A program made the translations under genes and the position numbers. Below the pieces are notes generated by a model. It saw only the letters and a list, made by a program, of their open reading frames with translations, did no database searches and was not told the DNA's origin. A stretch of 64,000 nt of DNA from Bdellovibrionales bacterium (GTDB lineage: Bacteria; Bdellovibrionota; Bdellovibrionia; Bdellovibrionales; UBA1609), in contig JAHDFM010000013.1 in assembly GCA_020628165.1 (NCBI GenBank), forward strand, positions 15,420-79,419. The letters are read 5' to 3'. This document shows positions 1-9,535 of the stretch, piece by piece (positions within the stretch are counted from its first letter, which is position 1; each line of letters opens with the position of its first letter).

Positions 1-89
1 TGAGCTATAACACTCCAGTCTTTTTTTACCATCATTTGACCTCCACAGCCTGACACTAAAATAGCAAAAATTAATAATAGATATGACAT
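1..89 (-). CDS. Lipoprotein, N-terminal fragment (gene continues beyond left edge)
   Basis: Minus-strand ATG at 89 with GAGGTG Shine-Dalgarno (CACCTC at 94-99 on + strand). Translates MSYLLLIFAILVSGCGGQMMVKKDWSVIA, a signal peptide plus lipobox LVSGC. Too short to appear in the ORF track. Confidence 0.45.
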   Translation of the reverse strand, partial: MSYLLLIFAILVSGCGGQMMVKKDWSVIA

Positions 90-197
90 GAGCACCTCTT
101 TTCACAACCTCATTTCATTAAACCAAAAAGTCTCCCACTTCAATTTTAATAAGCACTGAGGAAAATCTCTTTTGATTATTTCAACATCATTTCGAAC

Positions 198-235
198 AAA
201 AAAAAAGCGCAATGCTCAATTGAACACTGCGCTTT
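198..235 (-). terminator. Rho-independent terminator downstream of the 256..696 gene
   Basis: GCGCAATG (207-214) pairs with CACTGCGC (225-232), one mismatch. It is followed on the minus strand by a U9 run (A9 at 198-206). Confidence 0.55.
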
Positions 236-255
236 ATATCTTAAAACTATCAAGC

Positions 256-696
256 TTAATCAGCTGGACACGCTATTCTACCATTAATGTTTAATTCACA
301 AATCAAGTGTGTTTCTATAGACAAGCCATCTCTTGATACTTCTGAAATTTTGCTATCAAATTCACTGCCATCAACATTAGTTAATTGTAAGCTCACTACA
401 TAAGTTTGTTTGGTGCCAAAGATACCTCCACCATTGCCCCCACATTGTGAGCTCTCGTCTGAGTTAATTTCAACTTGATCCCCCAAACTCATGTTAACAC
501 TTCTTTGATCTAGCTTGATCACTTCTTTAACTTGCTTGTTGTCGACATAATCAATTTTGGTCACAGTTAATTTATTGCTAACATGTCCATATGAGTAAGT
601 GACTGTTCCTTTTGCGTTAGAACACTCTGCTTGGTAAAAAGATGCGTTTGCGTTCAAGCCAACCATCGCCATAATTAATAAAAGTGTCTTTTTCAT
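256..696 (-). CDS. Small secreted four-cysteine protein (146 aa), paralog of 52530..52970
   Basis: Signal peptide MKKTLLLIMAMVGLNANA. Shares length (146 aa), the motif A-S-x-Y-Q-x-x-C-x-N-x(3)-T-[VI]-[ST]-x(3)-G-H, an SS-x-C centre and a C-x(10,11)-C-P C-terminus with the ORF at 52530..52970. Confidence 0.7.
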   Translation of the reverse strand: MKKTLLLIMAMVGLNANASFYQAECSNAKGTVTYSYGHVSNKLTVTKIDYVDNKQVKEVIKLDQRSVNMSLGDQVEINSDESSQCGGNGGGIFGTKQTYVVSLQLTNVDGSEFDSKISEVSRDGLSIETHLICELNINGRIACPAD

Positions 697-1111
697 TGCT
701 ACTCCCTTCTCACTCGTTTGTGTGAGTTATCATTTTATTTAAGCTCAGGCCCATCTTAGCTCCTCCAATAAGACTTCAACGGACTCGATCTAAATAATTA
801 AAATTATTATTGTTTTAACTGGCCTCATTCCTTATTGCCTGTCGATGAATTCAATATAGGTGAGGGAAAACTATTTTGATATTTATTTGATATTAATATT
901 AGCAATTAAAATTACTAAAAATATAATTATATACCTAATAATATCATACACTTAATCATATTACACCATTATTGCGTCTTTCTTGGATAAGACCACTAAT
1001 GCATTTAAATGGAAAAGTAACAAATACGTCTATTTATAGATGATAAAAAATTTAATAATTTTATATACTTAATTATTTTGTATATATTTATTGACTCAAT
1101 TAATTTATATT

Positions 1112-1129
1112 ATATACATATATGTATAT
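1112..1129. promoter_or_regulatory. 18-bp perfect palindrome ATATACATATATGTATAT overlapping the start codons of the XRE-TerB gene; candidate operator
   Basis: The sequence equals its own reverse complement. It covers ATG 1122 and ATG 1128. A TTGACT (-35-like) sits at 1091-1096. No Shine-Dalgarno lies upstream of the ATGs. Confidence 0.4.
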
Positions 1130-1871
1130 GGATAACGTTTGTTTAAATTTAAAAAAAGCCAGAGAACAAGCTGGTATGACTCAAAAGGAAGTTGAAAAAA
1201 CTCTCGGGTTACGAGGCTTACAAATGCGCGACTACGAAGTAGGTCGCCTAAAAATACCCATCAAGATAGCTATACAGCTTGCAGACCTTTACAATATGTC
1301 TATTGATGAACTCGTGGGCCACAAAGTGAGTCACGAGGTCGATTGGCAGCAGTTCAAAGCCCTTTCTAGCTTCAATAGTATCTTTACAGGCCATAGCTTT
1401 TCGATCATGTTTCTCGACCCCATACTAAGAGCCTTTCTCGAAGAGCGTAAAGACCTTCTGTTTGAACAGTCTTTTTTTGACATTCTCACGGAGCACTTAT
1501 CAAAAAAAGAAAAACTGCACTTTGTTCAAGAGCTCAGTCAAATCCTATTTTTCTTGGCTTGCAGTGATGGTCGCATCGACAATACCGAACTAGAATGCAT
1601 AAAGAGCCTACTGTCAGAGTACAGCTTGTCTAGTAAAATTGGCTCAATTAAGAAAGAGCTTGCTAAAAATTGGTTTCAAAAAGAGAAGTCGATTTACTTT
1701 AAAAAAATTGAAATTAAACACTTCATCACTTGGCTTTTATTCATATTTGCCATCTCGGATGGAGTGGTCACTTTTGAAGAGCACGAGTTCATAGAAAAAG
1801 TCGCTGAAAAGCTCAAAGTAAATAAATCTAATTTTTTACAAATTCAAAGTCACTTTAAAAGGGAGGAATGA
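1122..1871 (+). CDS. XRE-family HTH regulator fused to a TerB-like domain
   Basis: N-terminus MTQKEVEKTLGLRGLQMRDYEVGRLKIPIKIAIQLADLYNMSIDELVG is a Cro/XRE HTH. The C-terminus has two SDG-x5-E-x3-I helix pairs (LACSDGRIDNTELECIKSLL; FAISDGVVTFEEHEFIEKVAEKL) as in TerB-type domains. The stop overlaps the next start (ATGA at 1868-1871). Confidence 0.65.
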   Translation: MYMDNVCLNLKKAREQAGMTQKEVEKTLGLRGLQMRDYEVGRLKIPIKIAIQLADLYNMSIDELVGHKVSHEVDWQQFKALSSFNSIFTGHSFSIMFLDPILRAFLEERKDLLFEQSFFDILTEHLSKKEKLHFVQELSQILFFLACSDGRIDNTELECIKSLLSEYSLSSKIGSIKKELAKNWFQKEKSIYFKKIEIKHFITWLLFIFAISDGVVTFEEHEFIEKVAEKLKVNKSNFLQIQSHFKREE

Positions 1872-2305
1872 TGGAGCCTATGTATTGGATTATTTTTGGA
1901 TCCATTTTAATTATACTCGAACTCATCTTGCCAGGCGGAATTGTTGTTTTCTTAGGAGTATCCTCACTTGTAGTGGGCCTTGGAATACATTACGGGCTAA
2001 TCACTACCCTCGTTGGCGCTCTCCTAACATGGTTCATGACCTCTATTTTTTCAATTTTAATATTGAGGTCATTGTTTATTAAATACTTTGAAGGTGATTC
2101 AGAAGTGCAAAACGTAGATGAGGATGACGATATGATTGGCAACATTGTTGAGGTTGTTGAAGACATCCATCCCTACAAAGAAGGGCGAGTCAAATTCAGA
2201 GATTCATTTTGGCCAGCCCGCTGTGAAGCAGAGCTAACCCCTGGTGCCAAAGCGCTTATTGAAGCTCGAGACGGTAACGTCTTAATTATTAAACCAATCA
2301 TTTAA
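1868..2305 (+). CDS. NfeD-family membrane protein (short form)
   Basis: Two N-terminal TM helices, then an OB-like tail GNIVEVVEDIHPYKEGRVKFRDSFWPARCEA...ALIEARDGNVLIIKP. Canonical position immediately upstream of SPFH genes. Confidence 0.8.
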   Translation: MMEPMYWIIFGSILIILELILPGGIVVFLGVSSLVVGLGIHYGLITTLVGALLTWFMTSIFSILILRSLFIKYFEGDSEVQNVDEDDDMIGNIVEVVEDIHPYKEGRVKFRDSFWPARCEAELTPGAKALIEARDGNVLIIKPII

Positions 2306-2324
2306 AAAACAAGAGGAGAAAAAT

Positions 2325-3263
2325 ATGTTAACTTATTTTACCATACTATTTATCATCGCCCTGTTGGTGCTATACAACACAGTTGTGATCGTACCTATGC
2401 GAGAAACTATAGTGGTTGAACGTCTGGGAAAATTCAAAGATGTTTACGGTCCAGGATTTCATATCTTAGTCCCCTTCTTTGATCGCATCGCTTATCGCCA
2501 CGAGATCAGAGAGCAAGTCTTAGACATCCCATCACAGATGTGTATCACCAACGACAATATGCAGGTCGAAGTGGACGGCCTCGTTTACTTAAAGGTCACC
2601 GATCCGAAAAAAGCCAGTTACGGCATTGGTAACTACAGTAACGCCTCTGTGAACCTCGCCCAAACAACAATGAGATCAGAGGTGGGAAAACTCACACTCA
2701 GCCGAATCTTCAGTGAACGTGAAACATTGAACGACAAAATTGTTAAGGAGATTGATTTAGCCAGTGACCCATGGGGCATTAAAGTACTTCGTTATGAAAT
2801 TAAGAACATTGCCCCGTCCAAACATGTCATCGCTACCCTAGAATTGCAAATGGAAGCTGAGCGAGGCAAACGTGCTGAAATCACATTGGCCACGGCCAAA
2901 AAAGAAAGTCAGATCCTTTTATCAGAAGGACAACGCCAAGAGGCCATCAACTTTTCAGAAGGTGAAAAGCAAAAAAAAATCAACCTTGCAAAAGGTAAAG
3001 CAAAGGAAATTGAACTGCTCGCCACAGCAACTGCTGAGGGCTCTAAAGTGGTCGCTGAAGCCATTAATAAACCTGGCGGCAACCAAGCTGTTAAAATGCA
3101 ACTTGTTGAACAATACATCAATGAAATTGGCAAGGTTTACCAAGGTGCCAAGGTTTCGATTCTCCCAGAAGGCATGGCAAACATTAAAGGGTTCTTTGAA
3201 GGCACCAACCAATTACTCAACCCAATTAAAAACTCAAACAATCAAACTCGAGGAGGTCAATAA
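2325..3263 (+). CDS. SPFH/band-7 (stomatin/paraslipin-like) membrane protein
   Basis: N-terminal TM, an SPFH core (VVERLGKF...GPGFHILVPFFDRI...) and a coiled-coil EAERGKRAEI...SEGQRQ tail. AGGAGA lies 7 nt upstream of the ATG. Confidence 0.9.
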   Translation: MLTYFTILFIIALLVLYNTVVIVPMRETIVVERLGKFKDVYGPGFHILVPFFDRIAYRHEIREQVLDIPSQMCITNDNMQVEVDGLVYLKVTDPKKASYGIGNYSNASVNLAQTTMRSEVGKLTLSRIFSERETLNDKIVKEIDLASDPWGIKVLRYEIKNIAPSKHVIATLELQMEAERGKRAEITLATAKKESQILLSEGQRQEAINFSEGEKQKKINLAKGKAKEIELLATATAEGSKVVAEAINKPGGNQAVKMQLVEQYINEIGKVYQGAKVSILPEGMANIKGFFEGTNQLLNPIKNSNNQTRGGQ

Positions 3264-4198
3264 TGGATTTGAGCACAATCACATTCTCTAATTTTTTCAA
3301 CCTCATATTTTGGGGCACTCTGTTTATTATTATTGTTTATAAGTTCATTCTTTCCATTCGACTTGTCCCTAACAAAAAGGCTTACATCGTCGAACGCCTT
3401 GGAAAGTATCAAAAAACTTTGGGAGCTGGTTTTCATGCCCTTATCCCTTTTATTGATAAGGTGACTTACATTCAAGACTTAAAAGAGCACACAATTGACG
3501 TTCCTCCGCAAGATTGCTTCACCAAAGATGAAGTCAAAGTGGTTGTTGATGGCGTTATTTATATGTCTGTAGTTGACCCCACTAAAGCCAGCTACGGAGT
3601 GACCAATTATGTTTTTGCAGCCATAGAACTCGCTCAAACAACAACTAGGTCTGTTATTGGAACCCTCGACCTAGATAAAACGTTTGAAGAGCGTGACCTG
3701 ATCAGCTCAAAGGTCGTTGAGGTTCTCAATAATGCTGGCGACACTTGGGGTATCCGCGTACATCGTTACGAAATAAAAAATATCAGCCCGCCTAAGAGTG
3801 TGCAAAACTCCATGGAAAAGCAAGTGAACGCAGAGCGTGAGCGACGTGCTATTCTAGCTACCAGTGAAGGTGACAAACAGGCTCGCATCAACAAATCAGA
3901 AGGTAGGAAGATGGAAATGATCAACCTCTCTGAAGGTGAAATGCAAAAGCGCATCAACGAAGCTCAAGGTAAAGCGGAAGAGATTCTTATGATCGCCAAC
4001 GCCACGGCCGAGTCGATAGAAAAGATCGGTCTAGTTTTATCAAGCCCTGGTGGTCAAGAAGCCTTTAATCTAAAACTGAAAGAGAAATACTTGAACACAA
4101 TGGATCACTTGGCGGATGGTGCTGTCGAGGTCATTGTCCCTGGCTCACTCAACCAGTATGATCAGTGGATCGACAGTCTTGGTTTAGAAAAGCAATAG
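3263..4198 (+). CDS. SPFH/band-7 (stomatin/paraslipin-like) membrane protein, tandem paralog
   Basis: Same architecture (IVERLGKY...GAGFHALIPFIDKV...NAERERRA). The start overlaps the previous stop (TAATG at 3261-3265). Confidence 0.9.
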   Translation: MDLSTITFSNFFNLIFWGTLFIIIVYKFILSIRLVPNKKAYIVERLGKYQKTLGAGFHALIPFIDKVTYIQDLKEHTIDVPPQDCFTKDEVKVVVDGVIYMSVVDPTKASYGVTNYVFAAIELAQTTTRSVIGTLDLDKTFEERDLISSKVVEVLNNAGDTWGIRVHRYEIKNISPPKSVQNSMEKQVNAERERRAILATSEGDKQARINKSEGRKMEMINLSEGEMQKRINEAQGKAEEILMIANATAESIEKIGLVLSSPGGQEAFNLKLKEKYLNTMDHLADGAVEVIVPGSLNQYDQWIDSLGLEKQ

Positions 4199-4216
4199 GC
4201 TTGTAAACTTACTAAT

Positions 4217-4250
4217 AAAAAAAAGCTAGGCAAATGCCTAGCTTTTTTTT
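4217..4250. terminator. Bidirectional rho-independent terminator
   Basis: A8 - GCTAGGC AAAT GCCTAGC - T8. It lies between the convergent SPFH operon (+) and the 4272..5066 gene (-). Confidence 0.8.
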
Positions 4251-4271
4251 ATTTATGAATAAATAATTTTT

Positions 4272-5066
4272 TTATTTAATTGGTGATAAAAATCTTTTAT
4301 CGACAACAAGTTTTCTTACACCGTGAGCGTGATCTTCATTGAAGATATTGCTTTCACACCACTTATGCAAGCTGTTGATATCAAGCAAGTTACACTTCGG
4401 AGAAACACTCCAGTTTACTTTGAACGGCGAACATGTTTGGTTATTGTATTTAGGACCTGTCGTTGAACCAAGGAACTGAACCGCACCTGACCTTGAAGGC
4501 AACATTTTAGCTTGATGGAAACCATTCACTTTTTCTTTATATCTGAACTGATCAAAATTTTGCGCTTTTGGGTCATTCACTAAAACAAATACTTGTGTTT
4601 CAACTTTCAACACTGGGTTTTTGCAGTCTTCAGCTAAACAAGCACCTAAAGTTGGACCAGGCTTGATGTCACAACTTGTATGCACCCAATGAACCTCTAC
4701 AGTGTCACCAGTACGAATGCCTTTACAAGCTCCACTGACGGCACTCAGTTGCTTATCAGTCAACGTCTCTGTTTTATTACAAGCGTAACCACCCGTTTTG
4801 CTATCTCCTTTAAAGACAGAAAATTCTGGACCTTTGTTTTCCGCATTTTTGTGAAAGTGAATGTTACAAAGATTCATTTTTGAGAAACTTGGCGCCACTT
4901 CAAAAGTAACAGGGTTTGTGCCTTCTTTCATAGAAATGTCACGCGGGGTTTGTGGACCTGAATTGACACAGGCGTTTGGATCGGTTGCAGTCTTTGCAAC
5001 ATCTTTAGCAGAATTTGTACAGGCTGTGAGTGCGAGCACTGATGCCACTAATATTATTTTTTTCAT
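4272..5066 (-). CDS. Lipoprotein with carbonic-anhydrase-like histidine motifs (alpha/delta-CA-like)
   Basis: Lipobox LALTAC. NIHFHKNAENKG and VEVHWVHTS resemble the HFH and E-x-H-x-V-H zinc-ligand strands of alpha-type CAs. Product call is tentative. Confidence 0.5.
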   Translation of the reverse strand: MKKIILVASVLALTACTNSAKDVAKTATDPNACVNSGPQTPRDISMKEGTNPVTFEVAPSFSKMNLCNIHFHKNAENKGPEFSVFKGDSKTGGYACNKTETLTDKQLSAVSGACKGIRTGDTVEVHWVHTSCDIKPGPTLGACLAEDCKNPVLKVETQVFVLVNDPKAQNFDQFRYKEKVNGFHQAKMLPSRSGAVQFLGSTTGPKYNNQTCSPFKVNWSVSPKCNLLDINSLHKWCESNIFNEDHAHGVRKLVVDKRFLSPIK

Positions 5067-5096
5067 TTTATTCTCCTTATTTTCTTGTTGTTTTAA

Positions 5097-5744
5097 TTAG
5101 AAATTAAATCCTAAGTATAAATTGTGTTCGTAGGTATCTTGAGTTGCTCTAGGGACATATTGGTTCACATAACCTATGTTGAGCGTGAATTCTTCATATG
5201 GCTTTTTCACGCCTAAGTAAAAACGGTTTCGTTCAAAAGTTCTCTCGCCAGTCCAGACATCATCTGAAAGATTAACGAATATCTCGTTGTAGGACATCCA
5301 AGACCACTGACCAATAAAATCATCCTCAAGTTTAACAAGCAACCTCGCTCTCATGGCATCATCAGAACTGTTCTCAAGAACTCTAGCTTCTAAACGAACT
5401 CTATGTGACAGTTTCAAACCTTCCACATAAAAGTAATTAAAGGTATGTTGCACGGTGTATCTATGCTCTTTAATATTGTCCGATTTAATATAGGCATAAA
5501 GATAACCTAAACCTTGATAGTCTGTTAATTTTTGCAAAACACCTACTCGGTAAAGAATTTGACCAACACCCGCCATGTCCCAGTTATACCTGAGTTGGGT
5601 TTCTGCCCATAAATCGAAGTTTTGAGTCATTTTCTTTTTAGTGAATGTACCCAGCCAGCTTCCATGCTTATGTTCATCAGCCATTAAACTAGTTGCAAAC
5701 ATCGTAGTTATTATTAATAATAATTTAAGAAAGATTCCTTTCAT
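5097..5744 (-). CDS. Predicted outer-membrane beta-barrel protein (DUF2490-like)
   Basis: Start moved to ATG 5744 (GAGG SD upstream; MKGIFLKLLLIITTMFATSLMA signal peptide). Alternating beta-strand pattern with C-terminal ...LYLGFNF. Confidence 0.6.
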   Translation of the reverse strand: MKGIFLKLLLIITTMFATSLMADEHKHGSWLGTFTKKKMTQNFDLWAETQLRYNWDMAGVGQILYRVGVLQKLTDYQGLGYLYAYIKSDNIKEHRYTVQHTFNYFYVEGLKLSHRVRLEARVLENSSDDAMRARLLVKLEDDFIGQWSWMSYNEIFVNLSDDVWTGERTFERNRFYLGVKKPYEEFTLNIGYVNQYVPRATQDTYEHNLYLGFNF

Positions 5745-5946
5745 ATTAACCTCACATTCTTTTATAAAATTAACGTTAGATAAGTTATGTAAAACAGGCA
5801 ACAAAAAAGTTCAAGGATTTTTGAACAATTCGTAAGGGGGCTAAAAGTTAAATAATATCAATAACTTAAATTGCAAAGCTTAAATGATTATCTCGACTTC
5901 AGCACCCCTAATACAAAACAAATAATCGACTGCAGGACAGACCAAA

Positions 5947-7683
5947 TCAAAGCTCTTCTACAAATATCTTTTCAGTGATCCTCCAAAACTTTCCCTGCTT
6001 TCTACCAATCACAAAAGCTGGCATACGCAGCTTATTTTGCTGAGACACAATGTCTTTAACTGAGGACACTTTTATAGAGAGCTCCGGCCGCTTTAAATGA
6101 GACCTTAAAAAGTTGATATGAAACTTTTTAACACTTGTGGTGTTATTGATATAATGCACTTCCGAAAGGTAATTGGCGTCGTAATCGTAATACTTCACTT
6201 CCAAATAAGAGTTGCCATTTTTATCAAAGTTTTCTTGCACCTGAACTGTATCTGGCTTCAACACATGAGCATTTTTAGACAGCTTTGCTTGCTTTAACTT
6301 GGCATCGGCATCTATTAAGACTTGCTGACACCTTTCGCAGTCTCTCGCTGTGATGTCATTTTCACAACCACAACCTGGGCACAACTTAAATCGAAAACGA
6401 AATCCACAAGGCTCAAACTCGTAAGTGTTTGGATCTTGCACTCCCCCTCTGCACTTGCGACCAAAGTGCTCCTTGATTTCACCAAACTCATCTAAACGTC
6501 CCCAAAAATGATTAAAAAAACCACACTTAGGACATTCTATCTGAACTGGTACGGACTCTTCACTTGGCTTTTTATCATTGATCTCTGGTGAGTAAATATC
6601 GTGACCGACCCCGGTGTAATCGAGCACGAAACAGTCTTTTTTGTTTTCACATAAACGCAAACCACGCCCAATGATTTGTTGATAAAGGCTCACCGACTCT
6701 GTTGGCCTTAATATGGCAATCACATCTACATGTGGCGCATCGAAACCTGTGGTCAGCACAGATACATTGACTAAATACTTAAATTTGCGCTTTTTAAATT
6801 GCTCGATGATTTCATCGCGCTGTGTACCGTCTGTGTCACCAAGAATGATTTGTGCCTCACCTTCAGGCAAGTAAGAAAGGATTTCTTTGGCATGTTCGAC
6901 CGTGCTGCTAAAGATCATCACTCCTTGGCGATCGTATTTATCAGTAATGTCTATGATGTTCTTAATAATTAGAGGAGTGAGTCGTTTTTGTTTTTTAAGC
7001 AAATCATTCACTTCTTTGGTTGTGTAAACTCGCCCCTTTTCACTAAGTTCTGAAAAATCGTAACAGGTGACGGGAATGTCCACCTTAACTGGTGGTGTTA
7101 AATATTTATTTTGAATCAAATGCTTTAATGGGAGCTCATAAATGCAGTTGGTGAAAAAGCGATTCTCTTTTGTTTTGCACTCACCAATGTAACTGTAGTT
7201 GTAAATCCACCCTTGACCTAAGCGATAAGGAGTCGCCGTCAGTCCCAAGATGCAAATGTTTTCATTGTTTTTTTTAAGCTTTTTAATCACTTCTGAATAT
7301 TGAGTGTCGCCCTCGAGGCTCACTCTGTGGCACTCATCGATGATTAACAAACTGAAGTCTTTGAAGAATTCATCTCGGGCGTTATAGATAGACTGTATGC
7401 TCCCAAAGATCACTTTTTCTGATGTTTGCTTTTTATTAAGACCAGCGGAATAAATCCCGGCTTCCAAACCAAAGGATGAATACTTACTGTGATTTTGTTC
7501 GACCAACTCTTTGACGTGAGCCACAACTAAAACGCGTCCGCGCGCTAGACGAGCCAGCTCTGCAATGACAATGCTTTTTCCAGCACCTGTCGGTAAAACG
7601 ATAACACCTGGAGTGCGCGATTTTTTAAAGTAACTGATTGAAGAATCAACGGCCTTTTGTTGATAATCTCTGAGTTTATACAT
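5947..7683 (-). CDS. radD: SF2 DNA-repair helicase, RadD (YejH)-like, with C-terminal zinc-ribbon region
   Basis: [12 protein letters not shown]...[38 protein letters not shown], a DECH box and helicase C motifs ([13 protein letters not shown]). Cys clusters CPKCG...CPGCGCEND...CERC. Closely matches my memory of the E. coli RadD N-terminus. ATG 7683 preferred over GTG 7692. Confidence 0.8.
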   Translation of the reverse strand: MYKLRDYQQKAVDSSISYFKKSRTPGVIVLPTGAGKSIVIAELARLARGRVLVVAHVKELVEQNHSKYSSFGLEAGIYSAGLNKKQTSEKVIFGSIQSIYNARDEFFKDFSLLIIDECHRVSLEGDTQYSEVIKKLKKNNENICILGLTATPYRLGQGWIYNYSYIGECKTKENRFFTNCIYELPLKHLIQNKYLTPPVKVDIPVTCYDFSELSEKGRVYTTKEVNDLLKKQKRLTPLIIKNIIDITDKYDRQGVMIFSSTVEHAKEILSYLPEGEAQIILGDTDGTQRDEIIEQFKKRKFKYLVNVSVLTTGFDAPHVDVIAILRPTESVSLYQQIIGRGLRLCENKKDCFVLDYTGVGHDIYSPEINDKKPSEESVPVQIECPKCGFFNHFWGRLDEFGEIKEHFGRKCRGGVQDPNTYEFEPCGFRFRFKLCPGCGCENDITARDCERCQQVLIDADAKLKQAKLSKNAHVLKPDTVQVQENFDKNGNSYLEVKYYDYDANYLSEVHYINNTTSVKKFHINFLRSHLKRPELSIKVSSVKDIVSQQNKLRMPAFVIGRKQGKFWRITEKIFVEEL

Positions 7684-7908
7684 GTCCCTCACCTTCAGAA
7701 AATCCTAGGCTATATATACAAAGAGTTCGATCACTGAGCAATTTATAAAACTTGATTTCTAGTGACTCTATTAAAAAAATTGACATCAAACCTAAAACTT
7801 CAACTTAAACAGCTAATTTATGAGACTTAATTAGCTCTGACATTCAAACAAAATATAAGTTCTTAAAAAATGAGTCTGTAAAATAAATGTTGTATCTTTA
7901 ACACAAAA

Positions 7909-9354
7909 ATGCCATTGATTAGGAAAAACCTTTTATCTCAAGGGCCTGAAATGTTAAATTATATCCAACATCTCAATAAGAGCTTTTATCAAGAGAATCC
8001 TGTTGCATCACCATCGAACACACAGTTACTTTTTTTTAATGACGACTTAGCCAAGACCATCAATGCTTCTGACAAAGATATTAAATCTGTGTCTTACTTA
8101 TCTGGACAGTCGGCATCAAAAAAAAATCAATCCATCTCACTGGCCTACGCTGGCCACCAGTTCGGTCACTTTGTTCCCTTACTTGGTGATGGCAGGGCTC
8201 ATATTATCGATCAATTTAAAATCAATGATCAGACTTATGATTTGCAACTCAAAGGCTCTGGCCCGACCCCCTACTCTCGTGGTGGAGATGGCTTGTGCCC
8301 ACTAGGGCCGGCGTTAAGAGAATATCTTATCAGTGAAGCCTTATATTATTTAAATATTCCAACGACACGCTCTTTATCTGTTGTAGTCACTGGGGATTAC
8401 GTTTACCGTGAGGCAAAACTGCCTGGCGCCATTGTTTCTAGGTTTGCGAAAAATCACATTCGCATTGGAACATTTGAACACTTCGCTCATAAAGATGATT
8501 TTGAAAACCTCAAACTCTTAACTGATTTTTACATCAACACCTATGAAGGTGACTTAAATAAAGAAGATAAAAAATATAAATTATTATTTGAAAGAATTTG
8601 CCAACGGCTGATTCAATTGGTCGTTGACTGGCAAGGCATAGGCTTCATTCACGGAGTGATGAACACGGACAATATGGCTATTTCAGGCGAAACTATTGAC
8701 TTCGGACCTTGTGCCTTTATGAATCAATACAAAGCCAATCAGGTTTATAGTTTTATTGATAAACAAGGGCGCTACTCTTATTTAAATCAAGGACCTATTG
8801 TCTTATGGAATTTAAGTTGCTTTGCCAATGCTCTTCTCAAAGTAATTGCTCTTGATTTTAGCGATGAAAAGACGGCCATTGAGTATTTGCAAACATATTT
8901 TGATGGGCTCTATGAATATTACCAAAATTTATACTACCAAAAGATGAGCCAAAAATTGGGAGTCATCACCTATGAAGAAAAACATGACAAACCACTTGTT
9001 GACCAATTTTTGCAAATCTTAACTAAAAACAAGTTAGATTTTACTCATTCATTCAATCAACTCAAGAGCTTAAGTTTCTCGGACAAAGAATTTGAAAGCG
9101 CTTGGTTAGATCGACTTTCGCAACAAAACAAGTCAAATGACGATGTCATAACCTTGTTAAAAAAATACAACCCATACTTCATTCCAAGAAATCACGTTGT
9201 CGACCAGGCATTAGAAAACGCTTATCAAAATAACTTTGATTTATTTAAAAAAATATATGAACACATAAAAGACCCCTTCAGAAATATTGAGTCTCCTTTG
9301 ACTCAAGCTCCAAAAGAGAACGAGGATATTGAAAATACGTTTTGTGGGACTTAA
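7909..9354 (+). CDS. selO: Protein adenylyltransferase SelO (YdiU/UPF0061)
   Basis: Hallmark HGVMNTDNMAISGETIDFGPCAFM, GDGRA and LKGSGPTPYSR motifs. An alternative start at 7951 is possible. Confidence 0.9.
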   Translation: MPLIRKNLLSQGPEMLNYIQHLNKSFYQENPVASPSNTQLLFFNDDLAKTINASDKDIKSVSYLSGQSASKKNQSISLAYAGHQFGHFVPLLGDGRAHIIDQFKINDQTYDLQLKGSGPTPYSRGGDGLCPLGPALREYLISEALYYLNIPTTRSLSVVVTGDYVYREAKLPGAIVSRFAKNHIRIGTFEHFAHKDDFENLKLLTDFYINTYEGDLNKEDKKYKLLFERICQRLIQLVVDWQGIGFIHGVMNTDNMAISGETIDFGPCAFMNQYKANQVYSFIDKQGRYSYLNQGPIVLWNLSCFANALLKVIALDFSDEKTAIEYLQTYFDGLYEYYQNLYYQKMSQKLGVITYEEKHDKPLVDQFLQILTKNKLDFTHSFNQLKSLSFSDKEFESAWLDRLSQQNKSNDDVITLLKKYNPYFIPRNHVVDQALENAYQNNFDLFKKIYEHIKDPFRNIESPLTQAPKENEDIENTFCGT

Positions 9355-9410
9355 CTTTTTTTCTTAAAAAAAAACCTGTAAATAGTTGGGTTTAAAGCGA
9401 TTGGTGAGCT

Positions 9411-9447
9411 AGAGGCAAAGTCAAAACTGACTTTACCTCTTTTACTT
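9411..9447 (+). terminator. Rho-independent terminator after selO
   Basis: AGAGGCAAAGTCA (9411-9423), loop AAAC, TGACTTTACCTCT (9428-9440), one mismatch, then a T-rich tail. Confidence 0.55.
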
Positions 9448-9535
9448 TATGTTAAGTTTGCTTTTTTTAAGTTATTAAGACCTATTTAAATGCTAAAATC
9501 AGTCCTAAAAAGCAATAAAATTTAATAGAAATCTC

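Noticed and set aside
2872-3291. 139-aa Lys-rich alternative-frame ORF spanning the junction of the two SPFH genes, plus an A9 run at 2971-2979 that could in principle allow slippage into it
   Set aside because: Its composition is the frame-shifted image of the Glu/Lys/Ala coiled-coil region. There is no SD or independent motif, and A-runs of this length are common in this AT-rich DNA.
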